Of a stretch of DNA of 64,000 nt, positions 39,444 through 50,499 are shown one piece after another. The notes below the pieces were generated by a model that was not told where the DNA came from, searched no databases, and was given only the letters and a program-made list of their open reading frames with translations. The position numbers and the translations under genes were made by a program. This DNA is from Squalus acanthias (taxonomy: Eukaryota): the NCBI GenBank assembly GCA_030390025.1, contig CM059432.1, positions 5,146,001 to 5,210,000 of the forward strand, given 5' to 3'. How positions within the stretch are numbered: position 1 is the stretch's first letter; every line of letters starts with the position of its first letter.

Positions 39444-41550
39444 GATTTGAGTACAGGAGCAAGGATGTCTTACGACAGTTATACAGGGCCTTGGTGAGAC
39501 TGAAGGGATAATTACAAGTCCTAGCCCTTTCGGACTACCCCAGATCAGGCGTATTCCCCAGACGTTCACCTTCAACTAAAGTTAGCAGTAGCCGGATCCT
39601 ATAAGACGCTTAATTGGGTCTAAAGGTCAGACTGCCTCTCCCTAAAGGAAAGGAACGGTCTGAAGATGTTACCGTCCTCTGGATAGTACTTTTAATAAGT
39701 TTAACTAGACTGTAACCTTCTGGATATTATGAGGGTCCGGAATACCTCCCAGAATTCTGCAACTCCTCTGAGTGTACAGAAATTGAGTTCGCGAGTTTAT
39801 ACAGAAATACTCTGTGAGATCATTCTAAAAATATATAGATTTATTAAAGAACCGACATTTAGTTAACATTTAGTTCTGGCAATCGCAACTTTAACCGTTC
39901 AAAATACAAATAGCTTACATTTCTTATCAGAGATCCTTATTCTCAAATCTTAACTTCGTTACATTTCCACACTTCTACTTATTTCTTAATCCAGAATATC
40001 CACCAAAATCAAATACCTTGATTACCCGAGACTCAGAGTTGTAAACTACAGAGCGTGCCTGTGAAGTTGAGAAACGCTTGCCCCGTTCAGCGACTTCTGA
40101 CTGTCCATTTGAAAAGCTCTTATTTTTATATCTTTTTTTGGTGGTTTATCCTTTGAAGTTTTCCTGCTGATGTTAGCTAATTGTCTCAAGTCATTCTCCA
40201 TTGAATTGTTTTCTATTCTTTATTGTCATTTCAGCTGTTAGCTTTTTGACTTGTCTCCTGTTTAGGTGTTTCAAAACCATCAAAAAAAACAATATGACAG
40301 TAGTATTTATTTGAAGTGATTCTTAGGAAGTCTTTCTATTGAATTTCTAATATCACTTAACTACTTGTAAGCCAGACGTCGTGTCTCCTAACTATTCCAT
40401 TTTCAATACAAACACAATGTAATTGCTTGGTGTCATCGATTGATATTATATTTTCAAAGCCTTTCTGTAGGTATATTTTACAACTTGTAAATTGAAAACA
40501 CTTCTCTTAGGGTGTTTACTTGTTTTCTTGCTATCTCAATTGGTTGCATATTTAATCGTGTTTCCTGTTTCTAAGTTTAACATAAAACTATTTTACGACA
40601 GGTATTTCTTTTACCTGATGTCATTTTTTCAAAGGCACTTGTTTTTTTAAATGTTCTGTGCACCTGTTCGACGTGTTAAATTTCAACACTTTACTTGGGT
40701 CATTCCATTGTGTTGGTTCCAATGTTCAGACATAGAGGAACCTCCAGCCTGCTGTTTCAATAGGGGCCTTGTCTCTGTATTTACAGCCCAATTCCCATTT
40801 CAAAGCTTGTTTTCACAGCTTTGTGTTAACAAACCAGCTTATCTCATCAGCCTGTATTTCTGTTTTACGGCCTGTGTCGCTGAGGCTTTCAGATTTTTAA
40901 CCCCAGTTTGTTATGTTTTAATATTATCAAAAATCTGTTTATAGGATGGTGTATTTTTCTGAAATATGGCTATTCCATTACAAGACCACACCTGGAGTAC
41001 TGTGTGCAGTTTTGGTCTCCTTACCTAAGAAAGGATATACTTGCCATAGAGGGAGTGCAGCGAAGGTTCACCAGACTGATTCCTGGGATGGCAGGACTGT
41101 CGTATGAGGAGAGATTGGGTCGACTAGGCCTGTATTCACTAGAGTTTAGAAGAATGAGAGGGGGATCTCATTGAAACGTATAAAATTCTGACAGGGCGAG
41201 ACAGACTGGATGCAGGGAGGATGTTTCCCCTGGCTGGGGGGGTCTAGAACGAGGGGTCACAGTCTCAGGATACGGGGTAGGACATTTAGGACTGAGATGA
41301 GGAGAAATTTCTTCACTCAGAGGGTGGTGAACCTGTGGAATTCTCTACCACAGAAGGCTGTGGAGGCCAAGTCACTGAATATATTTAAGAAGGAGATAGA
41401 TAGATTTCTAGACACAAAAGGCATCAAGGGGTGTGGGGAGAGAGCGGGAATATGGTATTGAGATAGAGGATCAGCCATGATCATATTGAATGGCGGAGCA
41501 GGCTCGAAGGGCCGAATGGCCGACTCCTGCTCCTATTTTTCTATATTTCT
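39444..41550 (+). mobile_element. CR1 LINE (copy A) inserted into the SPATA2-like exon, carrying a nested solo LTR
   Basis: CR1 ORF2 C-terminus and tail. AATTC is duplicated at 39439-39443 and 41551-41555. Confidence 0.85.
39501..40982 (-). mobile_element. 1482-bp solo LTR-like insertion
   Basis: TG...CA ends and 4-bp TSD AGAC splitting a CR1. Minus-strand TATAAAA at ~40125 and AATAAA at ~39842. Confidence 0.75.
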
Positions 41551-41899
41551 AATTCATTTTCATCCGTTTTAAAACAAGTGTCTCATTTTGTCTTTCTTCC
41601 ACGATGTGGAGGCAGCCCATCCTATCTTCAACATGTCTTTTTCTTCCCTTTAGCATCTCTCGCTCATTGCCCCCCAGCGCCTTAACGCGTGAATCCATCT
41701 CTGCCAAACGTTCGCATTCCAGCTGGGCAAGGAGGAACTCAAAAGCCAGCTTCTTCAAGTGCTGGGATCCATCGGGGCCCCGGTAGCAGTAAACCTCTAT
41801 CTCCTGCTCCTGGTGATAACCGACACACGCCAACAATTTGAGGACATCCACTTCACGCATGGCGGGCCAAACATAGTGTACAAAGGCAGGTGCGAAGAC
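41549..41899 (-). CDS. SPATA2-like second coding exon, duplicated distal copy
   Basis: Nearly identical to 43785-44135 (one internal substitution, L/V) with its own intact acceptor. Also truncated by a CR1 tail. Confidence 0.65.
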   Translation of the reverse strand, partial: VFAPAFVHYVWPAMREVDVLKLLACVGYHQEQEIEVYCYRGPDGSQHLKKLAFEFLLAQLECERLAEMDSRVKALGGNEREMLKGRKRHVEDRMGCLHIVEERQNETLVLKRMKMN

Positions 41900-42232
41900 C
41901 TGGAAAACAGAAACACACACATACATTCTGATAATGCGTGTTACACTGTGTAGTATATCACACAGGAAAAACAGAAAGGCAGAGTATTATTTAAATGGTG
42001 ATAGATTGGGGAAATGTTGATGTACAAAGGGACCTGGGTGTCCTTGTACACCAGTCACTGAAAGCAAACATGCAGGTGCAGCAAGCAATTAGGAAGGCAA
42101 ATGGTATGTTGGCCTTCATTGCAAGAGGATTTGAGTACAGGAGCAAGGATGTCTTACTACAGTTGTACAGGGCCTTGGTGAGACCACACCTGGAGTACTG
42201 TGTGCAGTTTTGGTCTCCTTACCTGAGAAAGG

Positions 42233-43261
42233 TGTAAGCATCGGCGCAGGCCCCAAGGATTTTTGTATCGGACATTTTGTATGATTGTTGCTGCTGATTG
42301 ACCAGCAGCCTGTTTGGAGAAGATGGGAGGGGCCCAGGTGTTCGAATTGGACAGTAGATTCCAGCCAGGCCGACAAACTGATTACAGGAGAATGTCTGAG
42401 ACAAAGGAAGGCCATTGGAAACTAATGGGAAACTACTTAACCCGGGATCGGGTAAGAAGTGCAGCCCATCATCTGCCATTAACACTAGCAGCTCGATGGG
42501 ATAGCCCCGAAAGGTGGGAAACCAGACAAAGAAGGGTGATTAAAAAGACATCACTGCAATACACAGACCTTAATGAACTTTTAGGGTATAAGAGAAGGCA
42601 GCTTTGGCCATTCTCGCTCTCTCTCGCTTCCTTCGCCTTCACGTGCCCTCATCCCTGAACCAAGAACCAAGCCCTCCGTCTGAGACGGAGAGAAGAAACC
42701 ACCACGAGCGACAAGAGCCTCGCCTTGCTCTTCGACTGTAGGAACGAACCTCGAAACTGGGACTTGGATACTGCATCGGCGATACGGAACCAGGAGACAC
42801 GTTCTACACAGGGGAGCAGCGAGCAAGAAAACAGACCATCGGGGTGAGCATTGTCCGAGCCCACGCATCCTTAAGACCACCAGTACTGTGTGAGGGGGTG
42901 TTGTGTGTCCCAACCAGTCCAGAGGGGTTTAGTGGGAAGGTTCTGTGTGTATTATACAGTGTATGTTCTGGGGTTTGTGGGACAAGTCCATGTTATACTC
43001 TGTATAGCAACACAGTGTGATTTTAGGCGTCTTAATACGAGACAGGGGCCTGTTCAACGGGCCAAGTTGTATTGTTGTACTGTTTGTTTTACGCCACCAG
43101 GCATTTTACATACCGGAGGCGGGTGTGTGTGTTAACTTTATTAAACACTGTACGGTTGAGTCTGAAAAGCTTGTCTGTGTTCCAATCCTGTTCACCGTAA
43201 TTCCTGTCATTGAGAACTAAGTAGGAGAGGTGATTCGAACCACCAAGGCAAACCACCTACA
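42233..43261 (+). mobile_element. ~1.03-kb solo LTR nested in CR1 copy B (~41963-43787)
   Basis: TGTAAG...CTACA ends, TSD AAGG, TATAA at ~42587, ATTAAA at ~43140. Confidence 0.8.
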
Positions 43262-43784
43262 AAGGATATAATTGCCATAGAGGGAGTGCAGCGAAAGTTC
43301 ACCAGACTGATTCCTGGGATGGCAGGACTGTCGTATGAGGAGAGATTGGGTCGACTAGGCCTGTATTCACTAGAGTTTAGAAGAATGAGAGGGGATCTCA
43401 TTGAAACGTATAAAATTCTGACAGGGCTAGACAGACTGGATGCAGGGAGGATGTTTACCCTGGTTGGGTGGGGGGGGGTCTAGAACGAGGGGTCACAGTC
43501 TCAGGATACGGGGTAGGACATTTAGGACTGAGATAAGGAGAAATTTCTTCACTCAGAGGGTGGTGAACCTGTGGAATTCTCTACCACAGAAGGCTGTGGA
43601 GGCCAAGTCACTGAATATATTTAAGAAGGAGATAGATAGATTTCTAGACACAAAAGGCATCAAGGGGTGTGGGGAGAGAGCGGGAATATGGTATTGAGAT
43701 AGAGGATCAGCCATGATCATATTGAATGGCGGAGCAGGCTCGAAGGGCCGAGTGGCCGACTCCTGCTCCTATTTTTCTATGTTT

Positions 43785-44135
43785 CTATTTCATTTTCATC
43801 CGTTTTAAAACAAGTGTCTCATTTTGTCTTTCTTCCAGGATGTGGAGGCAGCCCATCCTATCTTCAACATGTCTTTTTCTTCCCTTTAGCATCTCTCGCT
43901 CATTGCCCCCCAGCGCCTTAACGCGTGAATCCATCTCTGCCAAACGTTCGCATTCCAGCTGGGCAAGGAGGAACTCAAAAGCCAGCTTCTTCAAGTGCTG
44001 GGATCCATCGGGGCCCCGGTAGCAGTAAACCTCTATCTCCTGCTCCTGGTGATAACCGACACACGCCAACAATTTGAGGACATCCACTTCACGCATGGCG
44101 GGCCAAACATAGTGTACAAAGGCAGGTGCGAAGAC
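43785..44135 (-). CDS. SPATA2-like second coding exon (C-terminal half of PUB domain), proximal copy, ends at a CR1-derived stop
   Basis: Acceptor TTTTCCAG| then VFAPAFVHYV...LLACVGY...KKLAFEFLLAQLECE...EDRMGC, resembling SPATA2 TYTGPFVYYV...ILSCMGY...FELFLAKVECE...EDVRGC. The stop lies in the abutting CR1 tail. Confidence 0.8.
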   Translation of the reverse strand, partial: VFAPAFVHYVWPAMREVDVLKLLACVGYHQEQEIEVYCYRGPDGSQHLKKLAFEFLLAQLECERLAEMDSRVKALGGNEREMLKGRKRHVEDRMGCLHILEERQNETLVLKRMKMK

Positions 44136-44468
44136 CTGGAAAACAGAAACACACACATACATTCTGATAATGCGTGTTACACTGTGTAATATATCACACA
44201 GGAAAAACAGAAAGGCAGAGTATTATTTAAATGGTGATAGATTGGGGAAATGTTGATGTACAAAGGGACCTGGGTGTCCTTGTACACCAGTCACTGAAAG
44301 CAAACATGCAGGTGCAGCAAGCAATTAGGAAGGCAAATGGTATGTTGGCCTTCATTGCAAGAGGATTTGAGTACAGGAGCAAGGATGTCTTACTGCAGTT
44401 GTACAGGACCTTGGTGAGATCACACCTGGAGTACTGTGTGCAGTTTTGGTCTCCTTACCTAAGAAAGG

Positions 44469-45494
44469 TGCAAGCATCAGCGCAGGCCCCAAGGATTTTT
44501 GTATCGGACATTTTGTATGATTGTTACTGCTGATTGACCAGCAGCCTGTTTGGAGAAGATGGGAGGGGCCCAGGTGTTCGTGATGGACAGGAGATTCCAG
44601 CCAGGCCTACAAACTGATTACGGGAGAATGTCTGAGACAAAGGAAGGCCATTGGAAACTAATGGGAAACCACTTAACCCGGGATCGGGTAAGAAGTGCAG
44701 CCCATCATCTGCCATTAACACTAGCACCTAGATGGGATAGCCCCGAAAGGCGGGAAACCAGACAAAGAAGGGTGATTAAAAAGACATCACTGCAATACAC
44801 AGACCTTAATGAACTTTTAGGGTATAAGAGAAGGCAGCTTTGGCCATTCTCACTCTCTCTCGCTTGCTCTCGCCTTCACGTGCCCTCATCTCTGAACCAA
44901 GAACCGAGCACTCTGTCCGGGACGGAGAGAAGAAACCACCAGGAGCGACAAGAGCCTTGCCTTGCTCTTCGACTGTAGGAACGAACCTCGAAACTGGGAC
45001 TTGGATACTGCATCGGCGATACGGAACCAGGAGACACGCTCTACACAGGGAAGCAGCGAGCAAGAAAACGGACAATCGGGGTGAGCATTGTCCGAGCCCA
45101 CGCATCCTTAAGACCACCGGTACTGTGTGAGGGGGTGTTGTGTGTTCCAACCAGTCCAGAGGGGTTTAGTGGGGAGGTTCTGTGTGTATTATATAGTGTA
45201 TGTTCCGGGGTTTCTGGGACAAGTCCATGTTATACTCTGTATAGCAACACAGTGTGATTTTAGGCATCTTAATACGAGACAGGGGCCTGTTCAACGGGCC
45301 AAGTTGTATTGTTGTACTGTTTGTTTTACGCCACCAGGCATTTTACATACCGGAGGCAGGTGTGTGTGTTAACTTTATTAAACACCGTCCGGTTGAGTCC
45401 GAAAAGCTTGTCTGTGTTTCCAATCCTGTTCACCGTAATTCCTGTCGTCTAGAACTAGAGAGGTGATTCGAACCACCAAGGCAAACCACCTACA
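44469..45494 (+). mobile_element. Duplicate of the ~1.03-kb solo LTR in CR1 copy C (~44199-46020)
   Basis: Same sequence family, same insertion site and same AAGG TSD as 42233-43261. Confidence 0.8.
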
Positions 45495-47583
45495 AAGGAT
45501 ATAATTGCCATAGAGGGAGTGCAGCGAAGGTTCACCAGACTGATTCCTGGGATGGCTGGACTGTCGTATGAGGAGAGATTGGGTCGACTAGGCCTGTATT
45601 CACTAGAGTTCAGAAGAATGAGAAGGGATCTCATTGAAACGTATAAAATTCTGACAGGGCTAGACAGACTGGATGCAGGGAGGATGTTTACCCTGGTTGG
45701 GTGGGGGGGGGTCTAGAACGAGGGGTCACAGTCTCAGGATATGGGGTAGGACATTTAGGACTGAGATAAGGAGAAATTTCTTCACTCAGAGGGTGGTGAA
45801 CCTGTGGGATTCTCTACCACAGAAGGCTGTGGAGGCCAAGTCACTGAATATATTTAAGAATGAGATAGATAGATTTCTAGACACAAAAGGCATCAAGGGG
45901 TATGGGGAGAGAGCGGGAATATGGTATTGAGACAGAGGATCAGCCATGATCATATTGAATGGCGGAACAGGCTCGAAGGGCTGAATGGCCTACTCTTGCT
46001 CCTATTTTTCTATGTTTCTATCACGATAGTTCTGTTGCACGCCTGATTTTTAGAACAATGTGCTACGCGAGGAGGAGATATAAATTGAAGAAAGAGCCAT
46101 ATAAAATGTACATTTAGATTGAGTAGATTGGACCTATACTCTCTGGAGTTTAGAAGAATGAGAGGTGATCTCATTGAAACGTATAAGATTCTAAGGGGGA
46201 TTGACAGGGTAGATGCTGAGAGGCTGTTTCCCCCTGGTTGGAGAGTCTAGAACTCGGGGGCAGAGTCTCAGGATAAGGGGTCGGCCGTTTACGACAGAAA
46301 TCACGTTAATCTGTGATGTTCCTTGCAATCGAATCGCCGGCCGATAGTCACTGTCTAGGCTCACACCTGAAGACTGGCCAGCACGAGTGAGGAGCTCGGC
46401 AGCTCGCCATCGAGTTGTACTCCAATATGTCACTCCATTCCGAAGAGAGGAGAAAACTGAGCAGTGGAAGGAAGTAAAAAAGACGACGACTTCAATGTCC
46501 TTTCCATAATAGCGTGCCTAAAACTGCACAGCAAACTCTAACTGTGGCCTAACCAATGTTTTATATAAATGAATCATTAATTCTTCACTTTTGTACTCTA
46601 CGCCCCTATTTATAAAATCCAAAATTCTGTTGGCTTTATCTACCAGCACTCATGCTTTCAAGGAATTATGTATTTCAATCTTTCAGTCTCTCTGTTCATC
46701 CCCACCCTCCAGTGTCTTTCCATTAAGTGTGAACTCCTATTGCTTGTTTTTTCTCCCAAAACGAACTACCTCACACTTATCCGCATTAAATCGCCTCTGC
46801 CACCCATCTGCCCCGTCCTTTAACCTGTACCCTGCGGCAGACTTTTGCACTGTTTATCCACAGACAACAAAAGAGGTGGCAGCACTGACCTTGGGTACGC
46901 CACTTACAACCCTTCTCTAGTGCAAGCAACATTCATTATCCGTAACACGTAAGAACATAAAAATTGGAGCAGGAGTCGGCCATACGGCCCCTCGAGCCTG
47001 CTCCGCCATTCGATAAGATCATGGCCGATCTTCGATCTCAACTCCACTTTCCCACCCGATCCCCATATCCCTCGATTCCCCTAGAGTCCAAAAATCTATC
47101 GATCTCAGCCTTGAATATACTCAACGACTGAGCATCCACAGCCCCCTGGGGTAGAGAATTCCAAAGATTCACAAGCCTCTGAGTGAAGAAATTTCTCCTC
47201 ATCTCAGTCCTAAATGGCTGACCCCTTATCCTGAGACTATGCCCCCTAGTTCTAGACTCTCCAGCCAGGGGGAAACAGACTCTCCGCATCTACCCTGTCA
47301 ATCACCCTTCAGAATCTTATATGTTTCAATGAGATCACCTCTCATCCTTCTAAACTCCAGAGAGTATAGGCCCAATCTAATCAATCGCTCCTCATAGGAC
47401 AACCCTCTCATCCCAGGAATCAATCCCATTTGTTTTATGTCCCTCAACCAATGTTCTATTGATTCTGTTACTTTTCCTCTTAGGCTTTCTGAAATATCCA
47501 TTTATACTGCATCTACTACAGTTCCTTTATCTATCCAATTGAACACTTTTTTTTTTAAACGTACCATCGTCAAACAAGACTTT

Positions 47584-48427
47584 GGGCTGGATTTTGAAAC
47601 TGGGGATGGGATGGAGGCGGGACTCCCACTTTTTGGGTTGTAGTCCCGCCTCCATCGACTTGTGGCCAACCCACTGTATTTTCACTTGATTGACCTTGTT
47701 GAGCCCGCCCAGCGGGCTCAGCAGGCCAATTAAGGGCCACCCGGCAACAGGTGACGTCACAGATTGACATTTCATCTGTCAAGAGCTTTTGACAGATGAA
47801 ATATCAGCGTTTGACAGCTCTGTGAAGCTGTCAAACATTGACAATCTGTACTCTAAGTTAATTCCTTCCTCTCAGGCTGATTTAGAGATCTCTGCAGAAC
47901 AAAAAGCAGAGGCTGCAGCTTTTGACAGCTCAACGGCCATTCTGCTTTCTGTGCCGGTGAGATTTCTAACTCCCGAGACCTGAAGGGCTGACACCTGCAG
48001 GAAGAAGTTAAGGTAAGTAAAACTTTTTTCCACACTTTACACTTACCTTACACACTTACCTCCGCACACATGCACCCATCACTCACCTGCCCACCGGACA
48101 TATCGACCCCTCCAACCCCTGCAGACCCACGGTCCGCCTCGCTGAAACGGCGTGGTTGGGACCTGTCGGAGAGCCCACATTTCAGGCATAAAAATAGGGA
48201 TTAGGCAAAAAACTGCCTGTTAACTACCTGTTAACAGGCAGTTTATTGCCACTAACCCCCTTCCCACCTCGGGGAGGCGGGTCCCAGCACAGGTCGGGTA
48301 CCCACCTTCAGCGAAACTGGCATGGAGGCGGGTTGTGGGCGGGATGGGGTCGGGACCCCCGATACAGCTATTTTCAATCCAGTCCCGCCTCCAAACCCGC
48401 CTCCACGGCTCAATGAAAATTCTGCCC
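47584..48427. mobile_element. PIF/Harbinger-like non-autonomous element
   Basis: Ends GGGCTGGATTTT / AAAATTCTGCCC, 3-bp TSD TTT. Confidence 0.65.
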
Positions 48428-49271
48428 TTTGTCTCAACAAATTTCGATGTGCATTTCTAAATCCATACTAACTTTATTTCAAATTATTGATTGTAAAAGA
48501 GTTTACCCACAACTGAAATTATCATATTACTTATCAACAACAACAACTTGCATTTATATAGCACCTTTAACGTAGTAAAACATCCCAAGACACTTCACAG
48601 GAGCGATTATAAAATGAAATTTGACACTGAGCCACATAAGGAGATATGAGGGCAGATTGGTCAAAGAGGTCGGTTTTAAGGAGCGTCTTAAAAGGAGGAG
48701 AGAGAGGTAGCGAGGTGGAGAGGTTTAGGGAGGGAATTCCTGAGCTAAGGGCCTTGGCAGCCGAAGGCACGGCCACCAATGGTGGAGCGATTAAAATCGG
48801 GGATGCACAAGAGGCCAGAATTAGAGGAGCGCAGATATCTCAGGGGGTCGTGGGGCTGGAGGAGATTACAGATTTAGGGAGGGGGTGAGGCCATGGAAGG
48901 ATTTGAAAACAAGGATGAGAGTTTTAAAAATTGAAGTGTTGCTTAACCGGGAGCCAGTGTAGGTCAGCGAGCACAGGGGGTGATGAGTGAACGGGACTTG
49001 GTGCGAGTTAGGACACGGGGCAGCAGAGTTTTGGATGTCCTCAAGTCTGCAGAGGGTAGAAAGTGGGAGGCCGGCCAGCAGTGCATTGGAAAAGTCAAGT
49101 CTAGAGGTAACAAAGGCAGGGATGAGGCAGGGGAGGAGTCGAGCAATGTTCTAGAGATGGAAATAGGCCGTCTTAATGACGGCGCAGATATGTGGTCGGA
49201 AACTCATCTCAGGGTAAAATATGACACCAAGGTTGCGAACAGCACAGGCCATTGTGGAAAACTGAACTCAC

Positions 49272-49640
49272 CTTAATTCTTTTAAATTCTTTTCTCCATG
49301 GATAAATCAGAAGGTTGACGCAAAGCTTTTCAAAGACTTCATAAGCTTTTTGAAGAGCATTGAAGCTGGATGATTTTTCTCTGCTCAATGCATTGCTAAT
49401 AATCTGGGAAAAATGTATTTCACACCGTTCACTGGGTTCGCGGTGGCCTTTCAGCCATTCAGTCACGAGGGCACGGATTGCTGTTTCCTCGCGAGAGGCC
49501 TCACCAACACTGTTTAATTTGGATTCCCGGAAACGCACATATCTTTGACACAGATTTTCTTTTTCAGCCTCCGTATATAACTTGCCAGAGTTAAAAATGT
49601 TCATCCGCAGATGCAGAACTTTGCAAAAGGTCTTGCCCAT
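49272..49640 (-). CDS. SPATA2-family (SPATA2/SPATA2L-like) protein, first coding exon, N-terminal half of PUB domain
   Basis: Open frame ending ...ALQKAYEVFEKLCVNLLIYPWRKEFKRIK resembles SPATA2 NLFLYPWKKEFRSIK. Phase-0 donor AAG|GTGAGT falls at the SPATA2 intron position. Acceptor TTCAG/TGCAG lies just before ATG 49640; the true start Met is uncertain. Confidence 0.85.
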
Positions 49641-50499
49641 CTGCAACTGAATGGACAAATATAATCATTGCATAATTTATTAGGATTAACCGGAGGGATT
49701 CTTCCCACATACAAATAGTCAACCTTACAATAATCTAACATTTTAATGTTTTAAACAATACAATTAAAAGTTTCTCCTTGTTATTGGCCCGATCCTGTTC
49801 CTCGACTACAGGTTGCCCCTCGGCAACATCATCCGTAAACACGGGGTCAGTTTCCATTTTTACAACAACGACATCTTGCATTTCTCTAGCGCCTTTAATG
49901 TAGTAAAACGTCCCAAGACGCTTCACAGGAGCGATTATCAAACAAAATTTGACACTGAGCCACATCAAGAGATATCAGGACAGGTGACGAAAAGCTTGGT
50001 CAAAGAGGTCGGTTTTAAGGAACGACTTAAAGGAGGAGAGAGAGGTGGACATTGACATTCACACTGAAAACAAAAGAAGGCTGAGGGGTGACCTAAATAG
50101 AGGTCTTTAAAATTATGAAACATTTTGATAGAGTAGATACAGAGAGAATGTTTCCACTTGTGGGGAAGAGCAAAACTAGAGGCCATCAATATAAGATTGT
50201 CACCAAGAAATCCAATAGGGAATTCAGAAGAAACTTCTTTACCCAGAGAGTGGTGAGAATGTGGATCTCGCTACCACAGGGAGTGGTTGAAGTGAATAGT
50301 ATAGATGCATTTAAGGGGAGGCTGGACAAGCATATGAGGGAGAAGGGAATAGAGGGTTACACTGATAGAGTTAGATGAGGAAAGACGGGAGGAGGCTCGA
50401 GTGGAGCATAAACGCCGGCATGGACTGGTTGGGCCGAATGGCCTGTTTCTGTGTCGTATATCCTATGTAATCCTATGTAAAAAGACACCTGTAGAACTG

